A DNA stretch of 64,000 nucleotides from Aureliella sp. (GTDB taxonomy: Bacteria; Planctomycetota; Planctomycetia; Pirellulales; Pirellulaceae). The notes beneath the pieces were generated by a model. It ran no database searches. It was not told where the DNA came from and worked only from the letters and a program-made list of their open reading frames with translations. Positions 27,286 to 38,288 of the stretch are shown one piece after another. Positions within the stretch are counted from its first letter, which is position 1, and the number at the start of each line of letters is the position of its first letter. A program made the translations under genes and the position numbers. Location of the stretch: the NCBI GenBank assembly GCA_963691875.1, contig OY829846.1:832001-896000 (forward strand). The letters are read 5' to 3'.

Positions 27286-30162
27286 TTAAGGAGCCGGCGC
27301 TGCTCGGAGTGCTCGCAAAGCATTCCGCAACATCTCCAAATCGCTAGCAATTCGCGGACTGGAAGAGATAAGATCGGAGCGACTCTCGTACGCCGAAATT
27401 GCCTCCTCCACTTTTGCTACCGCATCGGAATCTTCAAAACCCTGCGCCAGAAAGGCTTGATGCTTCAGGTAGTTCCACTTCAAAACAACCAAGCTAGCTG
27501 GAGCTTCAGCCGAAATTTCGTCGCGCCAACGTTCATCCACTGAATCGGCGAGTTTCTCGAAGTCACGCAGGCGATCACGAGTCTGATCAAGATGCCCGAC
27601 TGACACCAGAGCGTCCAAGCCATTTTGGTATTCGCCAAGCAAGTTCAGCTGCAACTCGGTGTTTCGATCACGCAGTTTCGCCAAGGCTCCAATGTCCTTG
27701 AGAGCCCCCAGAATGCCATCGCGATACACCTTCCCCTGCTCCGACTTCGGGTTAAACCCCGGCTGTTCAGCACTCAGTTCTGCTAAGCGAATGCGGGCAC
27801 TGACAAAATCCAGCCAAAGCCCTTGATCATCTTGAACTTCATGAGCGAGATCCCCCAAGGCACGCGATGCACTTTCCAGATACGTGATGCATTCGGCGAG
27901 CTCTCCTCCACTGAGAAAGACAAACGCAAGGTTAAACTGTGCCCTGGCAAAATCTCGCTTCAGACGCAGCAGCATCATGGAACTGGCTTTCTCCATCGCC
28001 AAACTTCGGATCTGCTGGGCATCCATCAGTCTTCCTTCTGCAATCGCAAGGGCCTCGTTGGCTTCTTCTCCCTGCTCGGCGATCGCTAGTAGTTGAGCTT
28101 GCTTCCGGTACAACACTCCTTCATTCATCACGGCATTCGCAAGTTTCCGCTTAGCCTCCAGAGACTCGGGTTTCACCTTGCTCCACTGCTGACGCAACTC
28201 GGTACAACGCAGAAAGCTTGCCCTAGCTACATCAACCTTGCCCGAACGAAACCCCTGTTTTCCCTTGAGCAAAAACATGTTCGATTCTGCAGCCAGCACC
28301 TCAGGTTTCTTCTTTCGGATTTCGGGCGGTATCATGTCGAACGCGGCTAGAGCTGAGTCTAAACTGATCTTAATTTCGTCGGGGGCTAGTTTCAATTCCG
28401 CATTCAAGTCAGCGATGGCCGATAACGCGATCGCATTGTCGATGACTAAAGTTTCATCATCTTGGAACACTGCAATCAAGCTTTCAAACCGCACCTTGGA
28501 GTCACGCAAGAACTGCAGCCTCAAGGGTTCGAGGCTGGGCATGTTGAATGCTGGCTCACTGCTGAACTGTGCGTACATTTCGTTAAAGCTAGACGAGAAT
28601 GTGTCTCGCGCTTCTTCGGCCCGCACCCTCGCCTTCATCTCTGCTTGGCGTGCTTCAGTTTCCTTGCCTAACGCGACTGTTTCCTTCCTGAGTGCGACCT
28701 GCTCGTTCGCGAGTGCTTCTGCCGTGGTCCACCACGCGACCGAAACGATGGCAATGGTGATGACGGCAGCAGCGACAGCCGTTGCTTGAGCGGCGGCAAT
28801 GGCCTTGTTTCGCTTGCACCACTTTACAAGCCGTTTTATCGGTCCAGCTGGACGCGACAGGATTGGCTTTCCCTCCAAGTAGAGATGCAAGTCTACTGCA
28901 AGTTCATCGGCGGTTTGGTAGCGAGCCTCAGGTTCCTTTTCAAGGCACTTCACGCAGATCGTGTCGATATCACGATCGATCGCGGAATTGATTATGCGCG
29001 GCGCGACGGCATCCTCCGCTGCAACTTGCCGCAATGTCTCATGCATGTCTGCGGCTTTGAACGGCGGTTTGCCAGTGAGTAACTGATAGAGCGTTCCACC
29101 GAGCGCGTAAACGTCAGCGCGAGCGTCGATATTGGAGGAATCCTTGATTTGTTCTGGCGGCATGAAGGAAGGCGTGCCAAGCAGTTGGCCGGTTTGCGTC
29201 ATGCCAGTATCATCTGCTAGGAATCTCGCGAGCCCAAAGTCCGTCAACATGGCTCGATCGTTGGATGCATCCAACAGAATATTTCCTGGCTTGATGTCGC
29301 GGTGAAGCAAGCCTTTTTTGTGAGCTTGATGCAAAGCACTTGCTATCCCATGAATGTACTTCGCAGCACGTTTGGGCAATAGCGGCTCTGCCTTAGACAT
29401 CACACTAAGATCACCACCAGCGACCATTTGCATTGCAATGTAAGGTCGCTCATCGTGAACGCCAACATCGTAAATTGGAACGATGTGATCATGAGTCACA
29501 GAAGCCGCTGTCAACGCCTCCGTTTGAAATCGTTGGACGAGCTGTGCCCTACCCTGCGGGCTAACATGATCCAGATCCGCGATTTTGACTGCGACCTCGC
29601 GCCCAGCGGCCTCCTGTCGAGCACGATACACCGAGCCCATGCCGCCACTGCCCAGGATTTCAAGCAATTCATAGCTCCCGAAAGGCTGAGGGAATTCCAC
29701 CCAGCTCTGAGCTTGTGCCGCGCAGCCTGCAAATACAACCGTCTCTTTGTCGCCAACCTCAGTAAAGAGCGACTCGTCAATCGTCACTTCGGGGAATCGG
29801 CTCGCAAACTCACTAGGTTCGACCACGTATCCGGACTGAATCCGAACCAGAATTTCCTGTTCGACGAGACGCTGGATAACTTCAGTAGAATTGAGCTCAG
29901 GAAACTCACGGATATAATCCTCGACACGCGTTTGCACCGTCGCTTGACCGGAAGTCACGGTTTGGTTGGACTCGGAATACTGGCGATCGCTAGGCTTCCA
30001 GCGAAATTCCAAGTCGATGCAAACGAGTTCTTCTAGCGTTCCAAGATAAGAGTTCTGGTCTGGCTTTGGCAAATAATTACGAATCGAAAGCGATTGACCG
30101 GCAAGCCAGTCAGATTCAAATCGTCTTCTCGCATCTTCGTCGATCGTTTGCATGTTAACCAT
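27286..30162 (-). CDS. Membrane Ser/Thr protein kinase with helical/TPR-like C-terminal region
   Basis: LGSGGMGSVY, VAVK, HRDIKPGN, DFG, GTPSFMPPE and DVYALG; TM near aa 455-478; heptad repeat EQVALRK-ETVALGK-ETEARQA. Confidence 0.93.
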   Translation of the reverse strand: MVNMQTIDEDARRRFESDWLAGQSLSIRNYLPKPDQNSYLGTLEELVCIDLEFRWKPSDRQYSESNQTVTSGQATVQTRVEDYIREFPELNSTEVIQRLVEQEILVRIQSGYVVEPSEFASRFPEVTIDESLFTEVGDKETVVFAGCAAQAQSWVEFPQPFGSYELLEILGSGGMGSVYRARQEAAGREVAVKIADLDHVSPQGRAQLVQRFQTEALTAASVTHDHIVPIYDVGVHDERPYIAMQMVAGGDLSVMSKAEPLLPKRAAKYIHGIASALHQAHKKGLLHRDIKPGNILLDASNDRAMLTDFGLARFLADDTGMTQTGQLLGTPSFMPPEQIKDSSNIDARADVYALGGTLYQLLTGKPPFKAADMHETLRQVAAEDAVAPRIINSAIDRDIDTICVKCLEKEPEARYQTADELAVDLHLYLEGKPILSRPAGPIKRLVKWCKRNKAIAAAQATAVAAAVITIAIVSVAWWTTAEALANEQVALRKETVALGKETEARQAEMKARVRAEEARDTFSSSFNEMYAQFSSEPAFNMPSLEPLRLQFLRDSKVRFESLIAVFQDDETLVIDNAIALSAIADLNAELKLAPDEIKISLDSALAAFDMIPPEIRKKKPEVLAAESNMFLLKGKQGFRSGKVDVARASFLRCTELRQQWSKVKPESLEAKRKLANAVMNEGVLYRKQAQLLAIAEQGEEANEALAIAEGRLMDAQQIRSLAMEKASSMMLLRLKRDFARAQFNLAFVFLSGGELAECITYLESASRALGDLAHEVQDDQGLWLDFVSARIRLAELSAEQPGFNPKSEQGKVYRDGILGALKDIGALAKLRDRNTELQLNLLGEYQNGLDALVSVGHLDQTRDRLRDFEKLADSVDERWRDEISAEAPASLVVLKWNYLKHQAFLAQGFEDSDAVAKVEEAISAYESRSDLISSSPRIASDLEMLRNALRALRAAPAP

Positions 30163-30364
30163 CAGAGCTGTGACTAGAGCTACGATTTTGGCAGGAATAT
30201 CTCAGGATACAGAAGGATTGCCTTACCTTGATCAAACCGGTCAGTGGTGTTTGCGATTTCTCGACTTTTCCTGGTTTCTCCAGGTGGGGCAAGCTTTTTC
30301 CTTGCCTGACTATGATCCCAAATTGCCCAACAGACTCGTCCCACATCGGAAGCGACGAACCAAC

Positions 30365-31396
30365 CTAGTGAGGAATCTTCACAGCACTTCCCAAGTCTAC
30401 AGACTCCTGAGCCGCCAAGCACATCGCCACTGACCAGCGTCCATCTTCCGCGGAACAGTGCAGTGGATCGCCATCCAGAATCGCCTTCGCAAACACCTCC
30501 ACTTGATCTTCAAGCTCGAAGAGCTCACCGGTCATTTTATCAATTGGAACAGTCGTTACGTTCTCACCATCAAAGGCTCGCAATGAGAAGTTCGGATGCC
30601 GCGTGCGATCCATCGCGCCGCTCCAAGAAGCCCAGAGTGCTCCTTTTGTCCCCGTGATTTTGATTGTCTGATGATGCTCAAACGCACAGAGTGTTTGTGT
30701 TACCACTGCGTAAGCGGTTCCTTCGAATTGCATGATCGCGCTGAAGTTATCTTGCAACTCCGGATGATCCTTCTGACTAGAACTTGCGTTTGCAAAGACC
30801 GTTGTTGGATTGCCACTGGCGGATAGATACCATCTCGCCAGATCGAAGAAGTGAATCGGTTCTTCGAGAATCCAGTTACCAACTCGATTGATATCGTACC
30901 GCCAGCCGTCAGAGCCAAGCCGGTAAGGATTCCGCGACAGCTCGACTAAAGCATAAAGTGGATCACCGACAAACCCGTCATCGATCATTTCCTTTACCAA
31001 ACCCCACATCGACGACAATCGAAGCTCGTGGCCAACCGCGAACAACCGTTCCTTCTTCTTTGCGACCGAGATCATTTGATCGCACTCGGCGAGACTGATT
31101 CCCATTGGCTTCTCAAGCAAAAGGTGTCGTCCGGACTCAAAAACTGCAGTTGCCACTTCACAATGCAAATGGGAAGGCACAGCCACGTCAACGCCATGCA
31201 ACTGCTCGTTCTCAAGCATTGCTCGATAGTCGGAATAAATTTTGGCTTGCGGGAAGGCTTCTTTCGCCGCTGCAACAGATGCATCACTTCTCGCCGCAAT
31301 TGCCACCAAATCGGCGCGCGTGCACTTCTCGATCGCATTGGCGTGGTATTGGCCCCAGGCTCCGAATCCTACCATTCCCATTCTTGCCGTCGACAT
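30365..31396 (-). CDS. Gfo/Idh/MocA family oxidoreductase
   Basis: GMVGFGAWG Rossmann motif, LLLEKPMG and EPIHFFD. Confidence 0.9.
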   Translation of the reverse strand: MSTARMGMVGFGAWGQYHANAIEKCTRADLVAIAARSDASVAAAKEAFPQAKIYSDYRAMLENEQLHGVDVAVPSHLHCEVATAVFESGRHLLLEKPMGISLAECDQMISVAKKKERLFAVGHELRLSSMWGLVKEMIDDGFVGDPLYALVELSRNPYRLGSDGWRYDINRVGNWILEEPIHFFDLARWYLSASGNPTTVFANASSSQKDHPELQDNFSAIMQFEGTAYAVVTQTLCAFEHHQTIKITGTKGALWASWSGAMDRTRHPNFSLRAFDGENVTTVPIDKMTGELFELEDQVEVFAKAILDGDPLHCSAEDGRWSVAMCLAAQESVDLGSAVKIPH

Positions 31397-31702
31397 GTTT
31401 TACATATCCAGAGAAAATCGGTCAAAACGAAGATTCTACTCTGTGTGGTCCGCGTAGTGAAAGCTGATTGCAAGGAGTGTGACGAATTTGCGGTAAGGGA
31501 AGGTGTCTCGTGCTGCAGATCCAAGTGAGTGACTTCTGCAATTGGCTTATTCCGCCAAATCCTGATCGAAACGCAAGTTGGACTGTAGGCTCGGTTCGAT
31601 TTGAAGGTCCACAGCTACCGATATATGACAAACGCGTTGAGTTGTCTTCCAGAGTGCTCTGGCGGCTGACGCAGAGTTGCCCCTGCTGTTTTAAGCTGGC
31701 AT

Positions 31703-33289
31703 ATGTTTGCTCAAGACCTAATCTCATTCGTTCTCACATGGTTCGCCACCCGGCGGTGGAGGTCGCTCATCTTGTTGGGTGGACCGCTGATGCTAGCGGT
31801 TATCATGATGTGTACGCTTACGCTGCTGGGATGGAGCCGCAACCATGATCAAGTTGTCAGCGAATATATGGCTCTGGCGGAACGGAACATCGAGAAATCA
31901 CAGCTAGACATTGACGCCGAGCAAGCGGACATCTTGCTGAACGGTGACGCAAAGCTATCGCCAATTTCAAGCCTCGCGCTTCGTCGTGTGCTGCGAATGG
32001 AGCCAAACAATCGGGCAGGTTACGCGGTTGCCCGATATCTCGCCGCAGTTGGAAATCCAGCAATAGCGCATCAAATGATGAGGCGGATTGCCCCAACCAA
32101 TCGTAAGGGATACGGGCCGGGACACGCATGGCTGGCTGAGGAAAGAGTTGCTCAAACCACGGAGTTCACGAAGGAAGAGATTGAGATTTTTTCGAATGAC
32201 CTTGCAGCCGCTTGCAGCTCAAGCGTAGCGAACAAAGCTCTGGTTCAAGCATATGCGAATGTATTGGTTCTGCAACGGAAGACTGAGGAGGCCAAGGAGC
32301 TTTTGTCACTGTACGTCGATCAGTACCCAAGGTTGAATGTAACTGTGGCCAAAATTGCTGCGGAAGAAAAAGACGCCCGAAGCTTCCGGCAGTCAGCTGA
32401 CCTTGCGAAGCGGTTGTTGGTCGAGAACATTCGCGATTCAAAAACCAGTTCGGTCAGCGATTTTGTCGACCTCGCCATGATCTATGGAAACGAAGGAGAG
32501 CTGGACAAGGCAATCAAAGTGGGCAACGTCGGTTTGCAGAGAGCCTTGACCGTGCCCGAAGAATCAACAGCTGATGAAGCGCGTGTACGGCGAGTGTTAG
32601 CGATGGCCTATCTGCAAAAGTACATCGATTCGGCTATTTCACAGCCGGACAATCAATCCGAGGTACAGCTTGAGTACCTGGATTTGGCGGTTCGAGCGGA
32701 TCCGACTTACCCCGAGGCAATCACTGAAGTCGCCCGAATAGTGGTACAGGGCCGAGAAGCATCAACTGAGATGGTGAGCAAGTTAAAAAGCAGTCTCGCT
32801 CAAGGAGTTGCCGCTGCCACGACTCATATGCTGCTGGCAAACCACATGCTCGAAAACAATCAGATGAGCCAAGCCATTCCGCATCTCGAGCAAGCATTGG
32901 AGATTCAGCCCGATCATCCGATTGCACTCAACAATCTCGCTTACGCTCTGCTCGACAACCCAGCTTCGTTGCCGCGAGCTCTAGAGCTTGTCGATCGAGG
33001 TCTCAAGATTGCTCGCGATATACCGGGAATCAAAGCCTCAATGCTCGACAGCCGGGGCACTATATTGAGTCGCATGGGGGATCAGCAAGCCGCCATCAAA
33101 GCTTACGTCGCGGCCCTCCGCCTGGCCCCCAGGAAGCTGGCCACCTACGAGAAACTGGCTGAGGCGTACGAGGCCGCCGGGATGATTGACATGGCGAACG
33201 CCCAGCTCAGTCGACTCGAGATCGTCAGGCTCGAAATCGAAGAAGAGCAAAAGAGAACGGCTGACGAGGAGGCCGCAAGCTCTTCTTAG
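31703..33289 (+). CDS. Membrane-anchored tetratricopeptide-repeat protein
   Basis: N-terminal TM; TPR motifs (AIPHLEQALEIQPDHPIALNNLAY, LDSRGTIL…AIKAYVAALRLAP). Confidence 0.8.
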   Translation: MFAQDLISFVLTWFATRRWRSLILLGGPLMLAVIMMCTLTLLGWSRNHDQVVSEYMALAERNIEKSQLDIDAEQADILLNGDAKLSPISSLALRRVLRMEPNNRAGYAVARYLAAVGNPAIAHQMMRRIAPTNRKGYGPGHAWLAEERVAQTTEFTKEEIEIFSNDLAAACSSSVANKALVQAYANVLVLQRKTEEAKELLSLYVDQYPRLNVTVAKIAAEEKDARSFRQSADLAKRLLVENIRDSKTSSVSDFVDLAMIYGNEGELDKAIKVGNVGLQRALTVPEESTADEARVRRVLAMAYLQKYIDSAISQPDNQSEVQLEYLDLAVRADPTYPEAITEVARIVVQGREASTEMVSKLKSSLAQGVAAATTHMLLANHMLENNQMSQAIPHLEQALEIQPDHPIALNNLAYALLDNPASLPRALELVDRGLKIARDIPGIKASMLDSRGTILSRMGDQQAAIKAYVAALRLAPRKLATYEKLAEAYEAAGMIDMANAQLSRLEIVRLEIEEEQKRTADEEAASSS

Positions 33290-33696
33290 GCTCGCAAGAA
33301 AATCGCGACGCGCAAGCGAGAGATTCCAGTTAATACATCGCTCAACCCCAAGCCAACTCATCGTTTAACGCCAAGCCATAGATGCCGGCTTGCACTCGTA
33401 ACGTCTACTGCAACTTCGCACGTCGCTAGAATAGTCTCGCTGGTGCCGAAGCAACGCCACGCTCGTTACCGCGTTCCGCGGAACTAACCGCCAACGAGCC
33501 AACAGCTATTGGGCAATAGAGGATTGCGGATCTCGTCAAAACGCTCCATAATGCGGTGCTTCTAAAATAATGCGTTCGCTCTCGAAGTGAACTTCTCTCC
33601 GGGCGAGTCGATGGCCAATTTGGCCCTTCGGACCGCTGGAAGCAACATTGCTTGTGAGCGGCGCGAGTTTTCTAACTCCCAGGATTGACTGCGCTG

Positions 33697-35175
33697 ATGG
33701 ACGACAAGCTGGCTTACTCTGGCATCACTTTTGACGACGTTCTCCTTGAGCCACGATACAGTGAGCTGATGCCGGTAGAAGTGGACGTCTCCACTCAGCT
33801 GACCAAGAAAATCCGTCTCAAGACACCGATGCTTTCTAGCCCCATGGACACGGTGACTGAATCCGAGATGGCCATCGCATTGGCCAAAGTTGGCGGTCTT
33901 GGGATCATCCACAAGAATCTGGACATTGCATCGCAGGCTGAAGAAGTCACCAAAGTTAAGCGCAGCGCCAACGGAATTATAGAAGACCCGGTAACACTCC
34001 ACCCAGATGAGCCAGTTTCTGCAGCCAAGGAGCTGATGGATCAGCAAAACGTATCCGGCGTTCCCATCGAAGGCAACGATGGGCGTTTAGCTGGCATTAT
34101 CACTCGCCGCGACCTCCGCTTCCTAGAGACAGGCGAAACTCCAATCAAAAACGTAATGACGAAGGAAAACCTCGTCACCGCACAGGGAACTGTAACGCTT
34201 GAGGAAGCTGAGAAGATTTTAACGGATAAAAAGGTAGAGAAGCTTTTACTGGTTGACGATAACTTCAAACTAACAGGCCTCATCACGATCAAAGACATCG
34301 ACATGATGAAGCGCTACCCGAATGCATGCAAAGACGAGGGTGGTCGACTTCGAGTCGGGGCGGCGGTTGGAGTTTTTGATTACGAGCGAGCCGAACAGCT
34401 AATCCTGCGAGGTGTGGACATCTTGACTGTGGATTCAGCTCACGGCCACTCCAACAACGTGCTCGAGACTGTTCGAGAGATCAAGAAACGCTGGGACATC
34501 GATGTCATCGCCGGAAACGTGGCCACCTATGAAGGTGCCCGCGACTTGATCGAAGCAGGAGTTGACGCAGTCAAAGTCGGAATCGGCCCAGGTTCCATTT
34601 GCACCACTCGCGTCATCTCCGGAGTCGGTGTCCCGCAAGTCACCGCAGTGTACAACGCAAGCAAGGCAGCTGAACCAACTAGCACGCCTGTAATTGCCGA
34701 CGGTGGAATTCGCTTCAGTGGCGATATCACTAAGGCAATAGCCGCAGGGGCAAGTGCAGTAATGATTGGAGGTCTGTTTGCTGGATTGGCCGAAAGCCCC
34801 GGACGTACCATTTTGTACCAAGGTCGAACCTTCAAGGTTTACCGCGGAATGGGATCTATCGGAGCCATGGTCAAGGGATCGAGTGAACGATATCGCCAGA
34901 GCGGTAACGAGAACTTGATCAAACTCGTTCCTGAGGGTGTTGAAGGTAGAGTTCCATTCAAAGGCCCACTGGCTGATTTCGTTTATCAGCTGGTCGGCGG
35001 CCTGCGAGCTGGAATGGGATACTGTGGCACTCGCAGCATTGATGAGCTTCGTAGGGACGCGAGGTTCATAAAGATTTCAGCCGCAACTGTCAGAGAGAAT
35101 CATCCACATGACATTGCTATCACGCAGGAAGCGCCAAACTACAGCCCTGAGTACGGCTCAGGGGAAAGCAACTAA
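33697..35175 (+). CDS. guaB: IMP dehydrogenase
   Basis: [21 protein letters not shown] pair, [14 protein letters not shown] catalytic Cys loop, YRGMGS and VPEGVEG. Confidence 0.98.
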   Translation: MDDKLAYSGITFDDVLLEPRYSELMPVEVDVSTQLTKKIRLKTPMLSSPMDTVTESEMAIALAKVGGLGIIHKNLDIASQAEEVTKVKRSANGIIEDPVTLHPDEPVSAAKELMDQQNVSGVPIEGNDGRLAGIITRRDLRFLETGETPIKNVMTKENLVTAQGTVTLEEAEKILTDKKVEKLLLVDDNFKLTGLITIKDIDMMKRYPNACKDEGGRLRVGAAVGVFDYERAEQLILRGVDILTVDSAHGHSNNVLETVREIKKRWDIDVIAGNVATYEGARDLIEAGVDAVKVGIGPGSICTTRVISGVGVPQVTAVYNASKAAEPTSTPVIADGGIRFSGDITKAIAAGASAVMIGGLFAGLAESPGRTILYQGRTFKVYRGMGSIGAMVKGSSERYRQSGNENLIKLVPEGVEGRVPFKGPLADFVYQLVGGLRAGMGYCGTRSIDELRRDARFIKISAATVRENHPHDIAITQEAPNYSPEYGSGESN

Positions 35176-35209
35176 GTCAAAACGCAAAGCACTAATCGAG
35201 TCATTGCGA

Positions 35210-36838
35210 ATGAACTTGGTCGCAGGTTGCCTACTTTCTGTCAGCTACGCAGGAAGCAATTTACAAGCTCAGACTTGGGAGCCAACACGGCCACATCAGC
35301 CTGCCTACCAAGCACCAGTTCAACAGGCGAACACGACCGCTGCGAACGCCGAATCTCAAGTTCGATTTGCGGGTTCGACAAGTCGAACTCGCTCGGATGC
35401 AGTTCAACACGATCCTGCCCCTACGCGAAACACTGCGTCGCGTCCAGTCTCCGCTTCGCAAGCAGCTTACAACGAACTCGTTGGCGATTCGAATCAGAAG
35501 TCTCGTCCTGTGCAACCACTACGATGGCGTTCGCCCAAGAACCCTAGCCCTTTGCAGCAAGCTTCTATTCCAGACAAAACCGAAGTGTTCGCCGGACAAA
35601 CTGCCCCGCAACAGATAACTCCTCGGCAAGCATTTGCCGGTGTTCAAAAAACTCTGGCTTTTACCCAAGAGCCTCTCGAGTACTCTGCACCCGTCAACTC
35701 AGCACCACGAGAATTGACAACCGCAAATGTGGCTCCTGTCCTTGTTGGATCGCAGGAATCGCAAGTGGCCGGGCCTTACGAATCTCAAATACGGTTAGCT
35801 TCCTATCAGGACAACGGAATCGACTTGGCACTCCCTCCGGTCACTCGGCCACCGCAGGAAAGCGAAGCGACAGGCCTGTCAGATTTGACGCTTCCGCCAG
35901 TTCAGAATGGGCTTGACCGGGAAATGGGTCGACCAGAAGCAGCTCCGATGCCAAACATGCTTGATCCAAAACGTGAGCAGATTGGCGGCCCAAACGATGA
36001 GCTCGCTCCACTATCAACGAGACCAAGCAGCGAGCGAGATGTGCGAAGTAACCCTTTCGGTGATGAATCCGCACCGAGTCCTGCAGATCGTCGAGGCGCT
36101 GGCGAACAGCCAGCACAAGACGACGAGCTCGAGTCACCAGATCTTACGAAGCGGTCTAATCTTTCCTGCTCCGAGAGACGGGCGAGGTTTCAGTCTCGAT
36201 CGATTCAAGATATCAGCCTTGATATCTCGCCATCGTTCGGCAAAGGACTACACAACACTGCTTCTGATGCAGAACAAGAACGGCTTAACTTTGCGGCGAA
36301 TGCACCTGTACGAGAATGGTTTAACTACAAGGGTGAGCTTGTTACTTCCGGACGCTTGATCGATCTTCGAGGCGACCAAATCATCTTGGATGTTCAAGGG
36401 ACTGAAGAGAAGATCTTGATTCAAGATTTAAGCGACGCTGATCTGGCCTACGTCGGAGAAGCTTGGTACCTACCGCTGGATTGCGGAACAGGTGATCCTC
36501 CGTTCCAGGGACGTGATTTCACTCAAACGATTTATCAGTGGTCTGCACCAGGACATTGCCACAAACCTTTGTATTTCCAGCAAACGCAGCTAGAACGCTA
36601 CGGACACTCTGCCGGCCCGATCATTCAACCGGTCCTCAGCACGGCACACTTCTTCAGTAACATCGCTATTCTTCCTTATCGCATGGGCATCCATCCACCC
36701 AACGAGTGCCAATACAGCATGGGCTACTACCGCCCTGGTGACTGTGCACCTTACATGATGGAACCACTGCCACTCAGCTTGCGGGGCATGGCGACTCAAG
36801 TCACGGCAATGTCCGGTGGAGCTGCTCTGATTCCTTGA
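35210..36838 (+). CDS. Exported planctomycete hypothetical protein (disordered N-terminus, SHD1-like module, conserved C-terminal domain)
   Basis: Signal-like start MNLVAGCLLSVSYAG; REW…G…GRL…I.I.DLS..D..YV (SHD1-like); CHKPLYFQQTQLERYGH. Confidence 0.65.
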   Translation: MNLVAGCLLSVSYAGSNLQAQTWEPTRPHQPAYQAPVQQANTTAANAESQVRFAGSTSRTRSDAVQHDPAPTRNTASRPVSASQAAYNELVGDSNQKSRPVQPLRWRSPKNPSPLQQASIPDKTEVFAGQTAPQQITPRQAFAGVQKTLAFTQEPLEYSAPVNSAPRELTTANVAPVLVGSQESQVAGPYESQIRLASYQDNGIDLALPPVTRPPQESEATGLSDLTLPPVQNGLDREMGRPEAAPMPNMLDPKREQIGGPNDELAPLSTRPSSERDVRSNPFGDESAPSPADRRGAGEQPAQDDELESPDLTKRSNLSCSERRARFQSRSIQDISLDISPSFGKGLHNTASDAEQERLNFAANAPVREWFNYKGELVTSGRLIDLRGDQIILDVQGTEEKILIQDLSDADLAYVGEAWYLPLDCGTGDPPFQGRDFTQTIYQWSAPGHCHKPLYFQQTQLERYGHSAGPIIQPVLSTAHFFSNIAILPYRMGIHPPNECQYSMGYYRPGDCAPYMMEPLPLSLRGMATQVTAMSGGAALIP

Positions 36839-36898
36839 TCCGTTCAACACGCAGCGAAGCGTTCGATTTTACGTTGCTAATCCCCTAGCAATCAATTC

Positions 36899-36938
36899 AA
36901 GACAGCCAGAACAGGCCGAGCCCCGCTCTGGCTGTCTT
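36899..36938. terminator. Bidirectional terminator-like hairpin
   Basis: Perfect 12-bp stem aagacagccaga…tctggctgtctt between convergent genes. Confidence 0.7.
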
Positions 36939-36976
36939 TATTATGAATCCCTCAACGAGTTCTCTCGATGCAGGCC

Positions 36977-38074
36977 CTACTGATTCTCCGTTTCGGGAGA
37001 AGCAGCGATCTGTTCCGCTTCACTTTCAGATCGAGAATCGTCCGGCGTCGCCTCTTCGTTCTGCGAGGCGGCTAAGAGTTTCAGATTTTCAATCTGCTCA
37101 TCAATGTCTTCGAGCTCACGCAGCTTTTCCGCACGCATTTTTTCCAGCTTTTCAATTCGCCGCTCTGGCGTGCTTCTGAGCAGGCGATGCAAGAGTTCCA
37201 GAACCAGTAATGCGCGAAAACCACGCATGGCAACGCCCCTTAGGCGATATGCGCGCACCATCTTGGCGACCTGCGACAACCGACTCGCATTTACCAAGTT
37301 CGATGTGCGAAGCACCCTCAGCGATCGCAAGAACGACACAAAGGGTAGCAGGATAATGGCCAGGTCCAGCCAATGCGTCTTGCAGTATTTCAGTTTGTCG
37401 CGTGCTACCGAGAGCATCACGATGAATTCGACGGTAAATGCAAACCAAATCACGCCGGTGCCCATATGAATCAGAGCCCGAAGCCATGGGTGCTCGCTCA
37501 TCTGCTCCTTAAACAAAAATGGCAGACCGAGAACCGGCAGAATGAGCAAGGCGATCCAAATCATCGGAACGCTGAACACACGTTCCAAGCGCCGTCGAAG
37601 ACTGCGGTCAACTTGTTGCCAGCCCCACTTCGGTAACCAGACTTCGTTTACTTCGCCGCGTCGCTGCGCACACATTCTTAGCGGCGGAAAAAGAAGGTAC
37701 AGCCACGAGAAGGGATACATGCCTCGAAATGCCGACCAACTTCGAAGCCGCAGGATGTGAAAAACCTGCTCTAGCAGGAAGAGTGGCCACAGGCAAGAAA
37801 GTAACATGAAGCTCCAGTTACCAAGCCAGAACGCGTTCGTTTGAAAGCAGAGAAGAGATTCACGAGCGGCTGCAGACAATGGCACCGCCAGTGTCTCAGA
37901 TGAACTGTCGCTCTGTGCCGTCGCCGTTTCACTCGCAGCCTCGAATTCCCCCCAGGGTTCGACCCAGAGAACGAGAGTCACCGCAACCACGGCAAGGAAC
38001 AATAAAGAAAGCCCAAACATGATTGGCGCTAGGACACCTTCGATCGGTCGTTCTTTTCGCTCCGTGCTAGTCAA
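36977..38074 (-). CDS. Ion-transport (voltage-sensor-like S1-S4) membrane protein without a recognisable pore
   Basis: IWFAFTVEF (S2), HWLDLAIILLP (S3) and FLRSLRVLR (S4); C-terminal coiled coil. TTG 38074 follows ggaagg. Confidence 0.7.
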   Translation of the reverse strand: MTSTERKERPIEGVLAPIMFGLSLLFLAVVAVTLVLWVEPWGEFEAASETATAQSDSSSETLAVPLSAAARESLLCFQTNAFWLGNWSFMLLSCLWPLFLLEQVFHILRLRSWSAFRGMYPFSWLYLLFPPLRMCAQRRGEVNEVWLPKWGWQQVDRSLRRRLERVFSVPMIWIALLILPVLGLPFLFKEQMSEHPWLRALIHMGTGVIWFAFTVEFIVMLSVARDKLKYCKTHWLDLAIILLPFVSFLRSLRVLRTSNLVNASRLSQVAKMVRAYRLRGVAMRGFRALLVLELLHRLLRSTPERRIEKLEKMRAEKLRELEDIDEQIENLKLLAASQNEEATPDDSRSESEAEQIAASPETENQ

Positions 38075-38288
38075 AGAGACGAGCCCTTCCCGTGAGTAGC
38101 TAACTACTAATCTCAACTCCAATTCTTTACCTAATCGTGGGGGAAGGCAAGTCGATCGGAGCAATGTAGTCGAGAAGTTCTGGTCGACATCAAGAGATAT
38201 TCGCCTGAAGTAGGTGATGAATACCATCAGATCCTCGCTTAAACTAATACTTCCGCTAGAGCCAATTCGAAGAGACGCCACAAGCAAC

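Noticed and set aside
33290..33696. Possible purine riboswitch or leader RNA upstream of guaB
   Set aside because: No recognisable aptamer consensus or terminator/antiterminator by eye. An Rfam scan would be needed.
38075..38288. FMN riboswitch upstream of ribD
   Set aside because: The short divergent intergenic region lacks the conserved RFN motifs.
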